A stretch of 64,000 nt of DNA from Syntrophorhabdaceae bacterium. Its GTDB lineage: Bacteria; Desulfobacterota; Syntrophorhabdia; Syntrophorhabdales; Syntrophorhabdaceae. The translations under genes and the position numbers were made by a program. Below are positions 38,908-49,080 of the stretch, one piece after another. The notes under the pieces are model-generated. The model did not search any database and was not told where the DNA came from. It saw only the letters and a list, made by a program, of their open reading frames with translations. Position 1 is the stretch's first letter, and every line of letters begins with the position of its first letter. The stretch spans positions 4,448,001 to 4,512,000 of the forward strand of contig OY762209.1 in NCBI GenBank assembly GCA_963665295.1, read 5' to 3'.

Positions 38908-39894
38908 CTACCACTTTATCAGGCTGCTGCCCCACGTGAGACCGCCTCCGAACGCCGTCAGAAGAACCAGTTTGTCTTTCGTGATCGTGTTGTCCCTCAC
39001 TGCTTCATCAAGGGCAATCGGCACCGTGGCGGAAGATATGTTTCCATACTTCTCAATCGTCATATAGATTTTCTCCATCGGTACTTTCAACTTTTTTGCC
39101 ATCCCCTGAAGTATCCTCAAGTTAGCCTGATGAGGAATAATCACATCCACATCGTCAAGGGTCCGTCCGTTAAACTCCACCGCCTCCTCACAGGCTTCCG
39201 CAAATCTCGTCACCGCAACCTTAAAGGATTTGTTCCCCTCTATCAGTTTAAGGAAGTGAAGCCCCTTATCAACACTCTCGTAAGATATGGGGGTCGTCTT
39301 GGAACCGCCCCCCGGCATAAGCAGGGTATCGCCGTTCGCACCGTCAGTGTGGACGTGGGTGGAGAGCACTTCCGGACCGCTGCTCGTTTCCGTAACGATT
39401 GCAGCGCCGGCCCCGTCTCCCCAAAGAATACAGCTTTCCCTCTCCTTCCAGTTCACGACCCGCGTCATGATCTCTCCCGCGGCGACAAGGGCAGTTTTGT
39501 ACGCACCGGACTGTATCAACTTGTCCGCCACGTGAAGCGCGAATATGAAACCGGAGCACGCGGCGGTGATATCGAAAGAAAGGGCCTTCGTGCATCCCAG
39601 TTTTGCCTCCAGCCAGTTCGCACCTGAAGGGCAACAGGTGTCGGGCGTAATTGTGGCCAATACGATAAGGTCGATGTCGTCCGTTTTCAGTCCCGCCATC
39701 TCCAGAGCCCGTTCGCTCGCGACCTTGCAGAGATCCGATGTTCCCGTTTCGGGGTCCGCAATCCTGCGGGCCCTGATGCCTGTTCTCGTAAAAATCCATT
39801 CATCCGAAGTATCGAGAAATTTCTCTATATCAAAATTTGTCAAAACCTTCTCGGGAAGATATGATCCTGTGCCGACAATCCCAACCCTCTTCAT
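38908..39894 (-). CDS. fabH: 3-oxoacyl-ACP synthase III
   Basis: AACSGF, GDGAGA, PHQAN, YGNISSA, FGGGLTWG. Confidence 0.95.
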   Translation of the reverse strand: MKRVGIVGTGSYLPEKVLTNFDIEKFLDTSDEWIFTRTGIRARRIADPETGTSDLCKVASERALEMAGLKTDDIDLIVLATITPDTCCPSGANWLEAKLGCTKALSFDITAACSGFIFALHVADKLIQSGAYKTALVAAGEIMTRVVNWKERESCILWGDGAGAAIVTETSSGPEVLSTHVHTDGANGDTLLMPGGGSKTTPISYESVDKGLHFLKLIEGNKSFKVAVTRFAEACEEAVEFNGRTLDDVDVIIPHQANLRILQGMAKKLKVPMEKIYMTIEKYGNISSATVPIALDEAVRDNTITKDKLVLLTAFGGGLTWGSSLIKW

Positions 39895-40047
39895 TAAGAG
39901 TTCCTCCAGAAAATCTTCTGTCGCTTCCGCCTCGCGGCATATCCATCAATGCGTTAAGTAGAACAAAAAAGGCGGGAAGTTGTCAAGGGCTATATAACGA
40001 AAATATCACTTGACATAGTGCCTATATGTCTCTAAAACTGTTCCCTG

Positions 40048-40929
40048 ATGGTAAAAGATCACGTAGATTTGACGGCCTTTTTTGCCCTTCTCGGGCTCAC
40101 ACTCCTTTGGGGGATAAACTATTCCGCCATAAAGGTTTCGAATGCGGGCATCTCGCCCGTCTTCACATCTTTTCTGCGCTCCGCTATCGCCTCTGTGTGC
40201 GGCGTGATCTACTGCATATCCATACGACAGCCCCTGTATCACCGTGATATAAGGCTGTTCCATGGCTTTGTGGCGGGCATGCTGTTCGGACTGGAATTCG
40301 TCTTCCTCTATCTCGGTATGTATTACACAAACGCTGCCCGGGCAGCGGTCCTTATGTACCTCTCTCCTTTTGTAGTGGCTATCGGCGCCCACATGTTCCT
40401 TAAAGAGAGGCTCGACACCGTAAAAACGATCGGGCTCGTTCTCGCTTTTGTAGGGGTATACCTCGTATTCCGCGGTAAGCCCGCGTCGTCCGGAAGGTCG
40501 ATGTTCGTGGGCGACCTCCTTGAAATCCTTGCCGCCGTCTTCTGGGGAGCTACGACCCTGTACATAAAGAAGTATCTCGCCGAGAAGGTCCATCCCATAA
40601 ACACGTTTCTCTACCAACTCGTTTTTTCTCTTCCCATCCTCTTTATATCCGCCTGCGTCATGGAGACCAGGTGGATTTTCGACTTCAGCCTTCCGGTTGC
40701 CGGTTCGCTCTTTTATCAGTCCGTCATAGTAGCCTTCGCCTCCTATCTCATGTGGTTTAAACTAATCCACAAATACCCCGTGGCACGACTCTCGGCCTTC
40801 ACCTTCCTCACGCCCATATTCGGCGTTATGTCCGGCGTTTTTTTTCTCAAAGAGCCTTTGACGACAGGGTTGGTGGCAGGACTCTTTCTGGTCTCTATCG
40901 GCATATATTGTGCCAATCATAAACGATGA
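40048..40929 (+). CDS. DMT/EamA family transporter
   Basis: 10 TM segments in two EamA repeats (LWGIN, LKERL, LTPIFGV, LKEPL). Confidence 0.9.
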   Translation: MVKDHVDLTAFFALLGLTLLWGINYSAIKVSNAGISPVFTSFLRSAIASVCGVIYCISIRQPLYHRDIRLFHGFVAGMLFGLEFVFLYLGMYYTNAARAAVLMYLSPFVVAIGAHMFLKERLDTVKTIGLVLAFVGVYLVFRGKPASSGRSMFVGDLLEILAAVFWGATTLYIKKYLAEKVHPINTFLYQLVFSLPILFISACVMETRWIFDFSLPVAGSLFYQSVIVAFASYLMWFKLIHKYPVARLSAFTFLTPIFGVMSGVFFLKEPLTTGLVAGLFLVSIGIYCANHKR

Positions 40930-41903
40930 AAAAACATAAGATCTTCACCATACTAGGATTTCTCATAAGTATTACACTGCTCTATTTCTCGCTGAGAGGG
41001 ATAAGTTTCCGGGAAATATTCAGGACCCTCGACGGCGCCGACCTCAAACTCGTTTTCATCCCCCTGGTCTTTATCGCAATCGCCATCGTGGGCTGTGCGT
41101 TTCGCTGGTCAAAGGTGTGCGGAGGAAACGTGAGGTTCGGCGATACCTTTACCGCCCTGATCATCGGACTCTTTGTGAACAACGTGCTTCCTGCCAGAAT
41201 AGGTGAGATAGCGCGTGGATATGTCCTATCCAAGAAGACGGGGCTCTCCCTCACCTACAGCCTTTCGACTGTGCTTGCCGACAGGCTTTTCGACCTGGCG
41301 GGCCTCCTTGCCATCACTTTCTTCTTCCTTCCAAAACAGGCCTTGCCCCCAGCCGTTTCCAGAGCCATATACATTCTCGTCGCATTGCTGATAGTCTGCG
41401 TCCTCGGTATGTTCGTCCTCAGCCGGAGAAGGTTTGCGGACCGCATCGCAACCATGCTCCACAACATCAAGAAGCCTTTCTTCTCGAAGATAGCCCACAG
41501 GGTGTCGGAGGTTCAGGAAAACCTTCAGCGTATCAACTCCCCCTTCAATCTTCTGGCCTTCACTGCCTTGTCTATCATGACGTGGCTCTCCATGAGCACC
41601 GCCCTCTACTTTGTCGCCTTGTCCCTCGGCGTCAGGATCAACTTCATGTACGTCCCTTTTGTCTGCGCCCTTCTCAATATGGGTCTTACCATCCCCTCCT
41701 CTCCGGGATACATAGGGGTTTATCAGTTCCTTCTCACAAACCTCCTCCTCATCTTCTATGTCCCGAAGACGGAAGCTTTCACGGTTTCCATCCTTTTTCA
41801 CGCAAGCTGGTACATCCCCTATAATGTGCTGGGAGCCATATTGCTCGTAAAAGAAAACCTCAGGTTCAAAGAAATAAGGGATCTCGAGGAAGAGAAACAG
41901 TAG
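40926..41903 (+). CDS. Lysylphosphatidylglycerol-synthase TM-domain (UPF0104/flippase-like) protein
   Basis: FRW, NNVLPARIGEIAR, DRLFD, PSSPGYIGVYQ. Confidence 0.88.
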   Translation: MKKHKIFTILGFLISITLLYFSLRGISFREIFRTLDGADLKLVFIPLVFIAIAIVGCAFRWSKVCGGNVRFGDTFTALIIGLFVNNVLPARIGEIARGYVLSKKTGLSLTYSLSTVLADRLFDLAGLLAITFFFLPKQALPPAVSRAIYILVALLIVCVLGMFVLSRRRFADRIATMLHNIKKPFFSKIAHRVSEVQENLQRINSPFNLLAFTALSIMTWLSMSTALYFVALSLGVRINFMYVPFVCALLNMGLTIPSSPGYIGVYQFLLTNLLLIFYVPKTEAFTVSILFHASWYIPYNVLGAILLVKENLRFKEIRDLEEEKQ

Positions 41904-41917
41904 GCCGCGACGGCGAC

Positions 41918-42631
41918 TCAGATTTTCAACGCGTGCGTCTTGAGATTAAAGCCTTTCCCGGTCTCGTAGCATACATAGGTTGAGCCGGCGAAGAAATCAC
42001 CCGTGTTCAGATAGACCTTCCCGGTCTCCCCCGAACCGTAATCCACCTTGTCCGGCACATGTGAATGAGCAAGGATCACCGCGTCGAATCCATCGTCGAG
42101 CTTCTTGCGGGCGAAGTCCCGGAACAGTTGCTCCACGTGACGGTTATAGGGCTTCTCCTTTCTTGACAGGAAGATCCGCGCCACCATGGCAACCTTCCAC
42201 GTAAGGCGGGGGCCGAGAAAATCCATCACCCATCCGGTAAACGCCGCCTTCAGGATAGTCCTCACCGCACCGCCGACAAATTCGTCGCCGTGAGATACGA
42301 ACAACCGCTTCCCCTCGACGTCAAGGGTCATGGTATGAACACACTTCACGCCCGCGTAGGATTCGAGGAAACCGCCTACGCCGAATTCGTGGTTGCCCTC
42401 CAGGAAATAAACGGCCGTCCCCTTTTTCGTGATATCCCTTATCGCGTCGATCACCCTTTTGTACCACGGGTATATGTAGCCCCGGTGGCCGTGGTAAAAT
42501 TCAAAAATGTCCCCCATGAGGAAGGCTATGTCGGCGCTGCCGCACACCTCCCTGATAAAGGTTTCCACAATTCTCGTCTTCCCCTCGTCGGTCGCATCCA
42601 GGTGTGTATCCGAGAAGAAGACTATTTTCAT
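41918..42631 (-). CDS. lpxH: UDP-2,3-diacylglucosamine hydrolase-like metallophosphoesterase
   Basis: SDTHL, GDIFE, GNHE, HGD, HSH, NTGD. Confidence 0.8.
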   Translation of the reverse strand: MKIVFFSDTHLDATDEGKTRIVETFIREVCGSADIAFLMGDIFEFYHGHRGYIYPWYKRVIDAIRDITKKGTAVYFLEGNHEFGVGGFLESYAGVKCVHTMTLDVEGKRLFVSHGDEFVGGAVRTILKAAFTGWVMDFLGPRLTWKVAMVARIFLSRKEKPYNRHVEQLFRDFARKKLDDGFDAVILAHSHVPDKVDYGSGETGKVYLNTGDFFAGSTYVCYETGKGFNLKTHALKI

Positions 42632-43467
42632 TATTGTTTGACGAGATATGCGTGGAGGGCCTCCTGCCAGGTTCTCATGGCGACGCCCGTATCGTTCCGG
42701 AGTTTGGCGCAGTCAAACACCGAGTAAGCCGGCCGTCTGGCCTTCCTGTTGAGTCCCGATGACGTTATGGGCGTCACCGCAATGTCCATATGGAGGCAAG
42801 AGAAGATTTCTTTGGCAAATTCGTACCACGTGCAAGACCCGCTGTTCGCCGCATGATAAACACCCGATCTCCCCTTCTCTATAAGATGCCTTATCGGCTC
42901 GGCCAGATCCTTTGCGTAGGTCGGTGCTCCTGTCTGGTCGTTGACGACCCGGGCGGCGCCCGCTTCCTTCGCAATGCGCGTCACCTTGGATATGAAATCG
43001 GTCCCCTCGCGGCCGTAAAGCCATTGGGCCCTCAACACCACTGCGGAGGGCAGTATGTCGAGCACCCGCCTCTCTCCCGACAGCTTTGTCGCGCCATAGG
43101 CCGACATGGGGTTCGGGGTATCATCTTCTCTGTAAGGGAATCTTTTCTCACCGTCAAAGACGTAGTCGGTGCTGAAGTGGACCAAACGGATATTCCGTTC
43201 CTTACAAAGAGCCGCGACAACGGCAGGCCCCTCGCTATTGAGTCGATGCGCGACATCGGGGCGGTCTTCGCAGCCGTCCACGTCGGTCATGGCGGCAAGA
43301 TTGACTATGGCCTGAGGCCGGTGCTCATCGAGGGTGCGAACCCCCGCGTCCCTGTCCGTTATGTCCCACTCTTCAATATCGACGGCGATGATGTCGAAAT
43401 AATCGTTCAGTACCGGGATAATGCTCGCTCCCACCAGACCGTGGCTACCCGTGATCAGGAGTCTCAT
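42631..43467 (-). CDS. rfbD: dTDP-4-dehydrorhamnose reductase
   Basis: GSHGLVG, STDYVFDG, YGATKLSGE, VNDQTGAPT, ARRPAYS. Confidence 0.95.
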   Translation of the reverse strand: MRLLITGSHGLVGASIIPVLNDYFDIIAVDIEEWDITDRDAGVRTLDEHRPQAIVNLAAMTDVDGCEDRPDVAHRLNSEGPAVVAALCKERNIRLVHFSTDYVFDGEKRFPYREDDTPNPMSAYGATKLSGERRVLDILPSAVVLRAQWLYGREGTDFISKVTRIAKEAGAARVVNDQTGAPTYAKDLAEPIRHLIEKGRSGVYHAANSGSCTWYEFAKEIFSCLHMDIAVTPITSSGLNRKARRPAYSVFDCAKLRNDTGVAMRTWQEALHAYLVKQ

Positions 43468-43479
43468 AAAATGCTTTCC

Positions 43480-44493
43480 TCACCTGTCCTTATACATCCG
43501 GTCATAATATTCGAGATATTCACCGCTCTTTATCCTCTCCCACCATGGTTTGTGGGAAAGATACCATTGCACCGTCTCTTTCATACCTTCCTCGAAACTC
43601 ATCTTCGTCCGGTAGCCCAGCGCCTTCTTTATCTTTGTGGAGTCGATGGCGTATCTCCTGTCGTGGCCGGGCCGGTCCTTCACGTAGCGTATCAGGCTTT
43701 CCGGCTTTCCAAGGATAGAGAGTATGAGCTTTACGATCTCGATATTGGCCCTTTCGTTTTCACCGCCCACGTTATATATGCTTCCCGTCTCCCCATTATG
43801 AAGCACCAAGTCTATGGCTTCACAGTGGTCCATCACGTGGATCCAGTCCCTCACGTTCATTCCGTCTCCGTACACAGGCAGCTCCCTATCGACAAGGGCA
43901 TTGGTGATTATGAGGGGGATAAGTTTCTCCGGAAACTGATAGGGTCCATAATTGTTGGAACACCTGGTGATGACGACAGGAGTCCCGTAGGTCTTGTAAT
44001 AGGCCATGGCAAGAAGGTCGGCCGACGTCTTCGACGCCGAATACGGACTGTTGGGCGCAAGGGGTGTCTCTTCGGAAAATTTCCCCTCAGCCCCAAGGGA
44101 CCCGTATACCTCATCGGTCGATATCTGGACGAAACGTTTCACGCCTTTCTGCCGGGCGTGTTCCAGGAGATTGAAAGTCCCGGAGATATTGGTTTTCACA
44201 AAGGTGTCGGGGTCCAGAATACTTCTGTCCACGTGGGATTCCGCGGCAAAGTTGACCACCATGTCCACGCCCTGCTCGAAGGCTTTCCTTACGTCTTCCT
44301 TCTCCGCTATATCCCCTTTGATAAAACCGTACCGGGGGTCGCCCACCTGTTCCTTCAGGTTTTCAAGGTTGCCGGCATAGGTAAGCTTGTCGAAGTTCAG
44401 TATGTGGTAAGGGTACTTGGCAAGCATATATCTGACGAAGTTGCTGCCGATAAACCCGCAGCCTCCCGTGACGAGAATCCGCATATTATCCAT
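43480..44493 (-). CDS. rfbB: dTDP-glucose 4,6-dehydratase
   Basis: TGGCGFIG, DKLTYAGN, AAESHVDRS, STDEVYG, YSASK, DRPGHD.RY. Confidence 0.96.
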   Translation of the reverse strand: MDNMRILVTGGCGFIGSNFVRYMLAKYPYHILNFDKLTYAGNLENLKEQVGDPRYGFIKGDIAEKEDVRKAFEQGVDMVVNFAAESHVDRSILDPDTFVKTNISGTFNLLEHARQKGVKRFVQISTDEVYGSLGAEGKFSEETPLAPNSPYSASKTSADLLAMAYYKTYGTPVVITRCSNNYGPYQFPEKLIPLIITNALVDRELPVYGDGMNVRDWIHVMDHCEAIDLVLHNGETGSIYNVGGENERANIEIVKLILSILGKPESLIRYVKDRPGHDRRYAIDSTKIKKALGYRTKMSFEEGMKETVQWYLSHKPWWERIKSGEYLEYYDRMYKDR

Positions 44494-44941
44494 CTTTTCT
44501 CTCCCATTTGTAAGGTATCTCGTTTACATGAGGGTCCATTCTGAATTCATCGGGAGCGTTTCTGTCATAAGGCTCAGTCGGTATATTGATGACCAGTGCC
44601 TCTTCCTGGCCCACGCATTTCCAGCCATGATAGACCTTCTTGGGCACCTTCACCATCATGGGGTTGTGGTCACCGATAAAAAACTCCTGCACCTGCCCAC
44701 AACTGGGCGACCCTTCGCGGTCATCGTAAAGCACCAGTTTGAGACTTCCCTTCACGCACACGATAAAGTCATCCTGTTTCTTGTGGTAATGCCACGCCTT
44801 CACGACCTGCGGGTAGGTGGTCGTAAGATAGACCTGACCGAACTGGACGAAAAGATCTTCGTCTCTTCTCAGTATCTCCATCAATCTCCCTCTTTCGTCA
44901 GGGATAAATTTCAACTGCTTCGTTACCACACCGTCAATCAT
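44486..44941 (-). CDS. rfbC: dTDP-4-dehydrorhamnose 3,5-epimerase family (short cupin)
   Basis: DERG, KAWHYH, D.R..SP, HG motifs; lies within the rml cluster. Confidence 0.88.
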   Translation of the reverse strand: MIDGVVTKQLKFIPDERGRLMEILRRDEDLFVQFGQVYLTTTYPQVVKAWHYHKKQDDFIVCVKGSLKLVLYDDREGSPSCGQVQEFFIGDHNPMMVKVPKKVYHGWKCVGQEEALVINIPTEPYDRNAPDEFRMDPHVNEIPYKWERKDG

Positions 44942-45681
44942 AACTCCCCCTGGTCAGCATTGTTCGCCCCGGTCTGGGACACAAGAAGGTTGGCCCGGAG
45001 CAAAGATTCGAAGGTGCCCGCGTCCGTCCACCACCCTTTAAGCATCTCCCACGTCATTGTACCTTCCCTTACGTAGGCGTTATTCACATCCGTAATCTCC
45101 AGTTCTCCTCTCTCCGAAGGCTTGAGGGTCTTCACAATGTCGAATACGCGGCCATCGTACATATAGATGCCGATGACCGCCAGATTGCTTTTCGGCACCT
45201 TGGGCTTCTCCGTAATGTTCAATAATCTCCCATCCACTATTTCCGCTACTCCGAACCTTTCAGGGTCGGGTACCTCCTTGAGAAGTATCTTGGCCCCTTT
45301 CCCCTGGTCCTTGAAATCCTTCACGGCCTTTACGATATTTCGTTCTATGATATTGTCGCCCAGCACCACGCAGATGGAATCACCATCCGCAAAATACTCC
45401 GCAAGGGAAAGGGCGTCGGCTATGCCGCCCTCGCCCTCCTGGTAGGTATAGTTTATATGCTTGAGGCCGAACTCCTTCCCGTTTCCCAGGAGCCTCAGGA
45501 AGTCACCGGCATGGGTGCCGCCGGTCACGATCATAATATCCGTTATGCCTGCCCTGATGAGCGTCTCGATGGGGTAGTAAATCATCGGTTTGTCATATAT
45601 GGGCAGCAGATGTTTATTCGTAATCCTGGTAAGCGGATTGAGCCTGGAGCCCAAACCACCTGCAAGTATTACACCTTTCAA
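44938..45681 (-). CDS. rfbA: Glucose-1-phosphate thymidylyltransferase (short SpsI type)
   Basis: LAGGLGSRL.P, K.LLPIYDKPMI, LGDN, EKP, RGELEITD, WTDAGT. Confidence 0.9.
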   Translation of the reverse strand: MKGVILAGGLGSRLNPLTRITNKHLLPIYDKPMIYYPIETLIRAGITDIMIVTGGTHAGDFLRLLGNGKEFGLKHINYTYQEGEGGIADALSLAEYFADGDSICVVLGDNIIERNIVKAVKDFKDQGKGAKILLKEVPDPERFGVAEIVDGRLLNITEKPKVPKSNLAVIGIYMYDGRVFDIVKTLKPSERGELEITDVNNAYVREGTMTWEMLKGWWTDAGTFESLLRANLLVSQTGANNADQGEL

Positions 45682-47831
45682 GGAATTATACCTCCTTGTC
45701 CCGTTCTTGTGATCCCTGACAGATCGATGGATAGGCGGACTGTTGTATCGTTAGGTCTCTTCGACTGAATCAAAGAGAGGTTGAGCGCCCAGCATCCCGG
45801 GCGATAGACGACCTGATACAACGTGTCTATCCACGTCTGGTCTGAAAAAGAATACCGTACATGGTACCGGAAATCAAACAACTTATAGGCCTTTCCCGCG
45901 TCGAAGGCGACTTCGTTGGCCAGATCTCGCGTATAAGCATGGTAGAAGTTCAGAAAGTACTCTTTCGGGGCCTTGTAGGCCAAGGTATTGTATATGGAGG
46001 TGAGACCCTGCCCCTGGGCGTTCCATATGGTCCGGTTCACATAACTGAGGTTGGTGATGGGGTACACGGTCAATTTCGCGCTCACATCCGATAAGCGGTT
46101 TCCATAACCTTTGTAGTCCGTGGACTGATTAAGGTTGCCTGAAAGTCCGTAGGTCTGCTGTATTTCGAAACTGGATACTTCCCGGGCCGACCGGGGAGTC
46201 ATGGCATACAGGTAGTGGTTAAAGGAATAGGTGACCGTATTCTGCTGCGCTATCCTGTCGTAGGGGTCTGCATATGGCAGGTTGCTGTATGAACTGCCGG
46301 GAATAAACGTATATTTGAACGACGGCTTTATCACGCTCTGCATCTGTCCGAGGTTAAGAAGCTGGCTATTGTAGTTCCTTATCAGTTGGACGTTCGAATC
46401 CGCTTCCAATCTGACGGTATGGCGTTCGGCGGTAGAGCTCCCGGTTTCCGTGGTCACCCGGTCTATCATGTAGGCGGTTTGATAATAGGTGGCGCCGAAA
46501 AGGAAGTTGATCCCCTTCACGCTGTAAGGCAGCCTGAACCGCGGTTCGATGCCCCACCTCGTAAACCTGTCTCCCCTCTCCCGGTAAAATGTGGTGAAGT
46601 CGGAATAGAAATCCGTGTAAAACCGGTTCTTCAGAACAGGTATGGACTCGGTAAAGAACGTGGCGTGCGGTAGATATTTGAAGGTGCCGTCGTTGTCTCT
46701 GACCGTCAGGTTCCTGAAGTACGCAGCCTCCACGGTGAGAAGGGACTTGGTAAAGGGCTTCTCCACATAAGCCGTCGACTTGAGTAGATTCTCACTTCTA
46801 AGCAATGGGGTGGGGGCAAAATCGAGGACGAAATCCTTATCGGAGACATAATCGACATTCGCCTTAAAAGTCAAATCTTTAAGGAGTACCTGTTCGTGCT
46901 TACCTTTCGCCTCCCATCTCGTACCGCCGTAATCCCGGTCGGAAATGATGGAAAAATCCCAACTCCCCTTCAAGTCTTCGCGAAGGGAATACCGGAATTC
47001 CGAGCCCACTCTCACGCCCCTGTTCTGAATGTACTGGGCGTAAAGCGTTGCGTCCTTATCTTTCGAAATGGCCCAGAAGAACGACTCCGTGAACTTTATT
47101 CCATCCCTGCTTGACGTGACGATCTCAGGCATGAGAAGTCCGGTCTGTCTGTCTGTCTTGACCGGGAAAAAACCGGCAGGGATATAGAAAACGGGATGAT
47201 CAAGGATGTAGAATCGCATTCCCTTTGTCTTTGCGTAACCGTTGACCGTCACCTTCGCATCGTCGGCCGAAAACTTCCATGCAGGCGTCGAGGGCCCTTC
47301 TATGTCACAGGTAGTGAACTGGCCCTTCTTGATCTCGTATTGGTTCTCCCCCAGTTTCTCGATCTGGGAACCCACGATGCTGAAATTGCCGTCCTTGATG
47401 TACACCTTGCCCTTTTCTATGGTTCCGGTCTTCGTGGAAAGATTCAGATGCATCTTGTCGGAAGTGATTACGTCACCTTCTTCCCGGAAGACCACATTGC
47501 CCTCCGCATATACATCCTCGGTGCCTTTCTTGTAGAGCACATAGTCCGCGGTAAGCATCCTTGTGCCCTCCTTTATCTCCACTTCCCCCTTTGCCGTATA
47601 AGTGTCTTCCGCCTTATTGTATTCAAGGGATTCGGCGGATATATCGACGGGTCCCGAAGGCGTGGTCCGGACGCTTCCTCTCCGGGGCGACAAAGGCTCA
47701 CCCGACGAGGACGGAGGCGAAGCCGGAGACATGGTCAGGATGCCGACCGGCTGGCTACACACGGTCGCAGGCAGAACAAGGGCCCAACCAACAATAACTA
47801 ACCAGGTTATATTTTTAAAAGTTCTCGCCAA
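45678..47831 (-). CDS. lptD: LPS-assembly outer membrane protein LptD
   Basis: Signal peptide, OstA-like N-domain, FTTC, R.TGLL.P, beta-barrel ending Y.PGCW. Confidence 0.88.
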   Translation of the reverse strand: MARTFKNITWLVIVGWALVLPATVCSQPVGILTMSPASPPSSSGEPLSPRRGSVRTTPSGPVDISAESLEYNKAEDTYTAKGEVEIKEGTRMLTADYVLYKKGTEDVYAEGNVVFREEGDVITSDKMHLNLSTKTGTIEKGKVYIKDGNFSIVGSQIEKLGENQYEIKKGQFTTCDIEGPSTPAWKFSADDAKVTVNGYAKTKGMRFYILDHPVFYIPAGFFPVKTDRQTGLLMPEIVTSSRDGIKFTESFFWAISKDKDATLYAQYIQNRGVRVGSEFRYSLREDLKGSWDFSIISDRDYGGTRWEAKGKHEQVLLKDLTFKANVDYVSDKDFVLDFAPTPLLRSENLLKSTAYVEKPFTKSLLTVEAAYFRNLTVRDNDGTFKYLPHATFFTESIPVLKNRFYTDFYSDFTTFYRERGDRFTRWGIEPRFRLPYSVKGINFLFGATYYQTAYMIDRVTTETGSSTAERHTVRLEADSNVQLIRNYNSQLLNLGQMQSVIKPSFKYTFIPGSSYSNLPYADPYDRIAQQNTVTYSFNHYLYAMTPRSAREVSSFEIQQTYGLSGNLNQSTDYKGYGNRLSDVSAKLTVYPITNLSYVNRTIWNAQGQGLTSIYNTLAYKAPKEYFLNFYHAYTRDLANEVAFDAGKAYKLFDFRYHVRYSFSDQTWIDTLYQVVYRPGCWALNLSLIQSKRPNDTTVRLSIDLSGITRTGQGGIIP

Positions 47832-49080
47832 TGATCGCTTTCGCCTCTCCGATGGTATAGATTGAACCGGTTATTACGATAATATCGTCGTCCTTTGCCG
47901 CGTTCCGGGCTTCTTTCAGACCATCCTCCACGCTTTCCGTTATGACGGCTCCCGGAGCATAGTCCTGAAGATAACGGGGAGAAAGGGCCCTCTCGATCCG
48001 CGGTTTCGTCATGATCAGGACATCAAAAAGGGGAAGAATCTCATTGAGCATCCCTTCATAGTCCTTATCTTTCATGACACCGAATACCAATATTTTGCGT
48101 CTGTCTCTAAAGCGGCTTCCAATATACTCTTTTAACGCCCTCATTCCGTGCGGGTTATGCGCCCCGTCCAGGAGAACGATCGGTTTCTCCATCACCTGCT
48201 CCAGCCTTCCCTGCCACTCCACATGCCGAAGCCCCTCCCTCATGGATGTCTCGCTTACAGGGAAACCCGGGAGGGTGAGACATTCTCCTGCACACAAGGC
48301 CACTGCGCTGTTGGCGAGTTGATGGTCCCCTCTGAGGTTTACGAAGACATCTTCCATATTTTTCGAGAGGCCGGTATAGCTCATCCGCCGGTCACCCTTC
48401 CTCTCGAAGGAGAAGTCCCTGCCAAGTGCGTAAAAAGGGCTCCCCATTCTCCGGGCAGTCTCCTCGATCACTTCCCGCGCGATGCCTTCGGCGCCCGTAA
48501 CGACGGGTACCCCCTCTTTCACGATACCAGCCTTTTCTTTTGCTATGTCGGGGATCTCGCCGCCCAGGTAATCCATATGATCATACTCGACGTTTGTGAT
48601 GACGCTGACTAATGGTCGTATCACGTTCGTCGAATCGAGTCTCCCCCCGAGACCCGTCTCTATGACGGAAATATCCGTCTCATTTTCGTGAAAATACTGG
48701 AAGGCCAGTGCCGTGGTAAAGTCGAAAAAAGTAAAGAACCTGTTTTCGTCGTTATGCCTGATCTTCTCTCTTATCACGTGCGCGATGGCAGCTACCTCTT
48801 CTTCCGTAATTTCGACTTCATCGATCGAGATTCTCTCCGTAAAGGAGAGAAGGTGGGGAGAAGTGTATTTCCCGACCTTGTAGCCTTCCTCCCGCAGCAT
48901 ACGAGAGAGAATTGACGCCACTGAACCCTTTCCGTTGGTCCCGGCTATGTGAACCGTCTTCAAGTGCCTCTCGGGATTGTCGAGAAGGTTCAGTATCCAC
49001 TCGATATTTTCGAGTCCGAACACCGTTCCAAACTTTTCAAGGCCGTAAAGATACTCCAGGGTGCCGGCAAACCCTTTCAT
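47815..49080 (-). CDS. folC: Folylpolyglutamate/dihydrofolate synthase
   Basis: GTNGKGS, YTSPHL, ETGLGGRLDSTN, DGAHNP. Confidence 0.95.
   Translation of the reverse strand: MKGFAGTLEYLYGLEKFGTVFGLENIEWILNLLDNPERHLKTVHIAGTNGKGSVASILSRMLREEGYKVGKYTSPHLLSFTERISIDEVEITEEEVAAIAHVIREKIRHNDENRFFTFFDFTTALAFQYFHENETDISVIETGLGGRLDSTNVIRPLVSVITNVEYDHMDYLGGEIPDIAKEKAGIVKEGVPVVTGAEGIAREVIEETARRMGSPFYALGRDFSFERKGDRRMSYTGLSKNMEDVFVNLRGDHQLANSAVALCAGECLTLPGFPVSETSMREGLRHVEWQGRLEQVMEKPIVLLDGAHNPHGMRALKEYIGSRFRDRRKILVFGVMKDKDYEGMLNEILPLFDVLIMTKPRIERALSPRYLQDYAPGAVITESVEDGLKEARNAAKDDDIIVITGSIYTIGEAKAIIGENF

Noticed and set aside
42790..44544. 584-aa plus-strand ORF, and similar long antisense ORFs at 6803-7723, 15001-16170, 17138-18406, 30536-31966 and 56220-57641
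   Set aside because: They lie antisense to well-supported genes, have no recognisable motifs, and are expected shadows of GC-biased codon usage.
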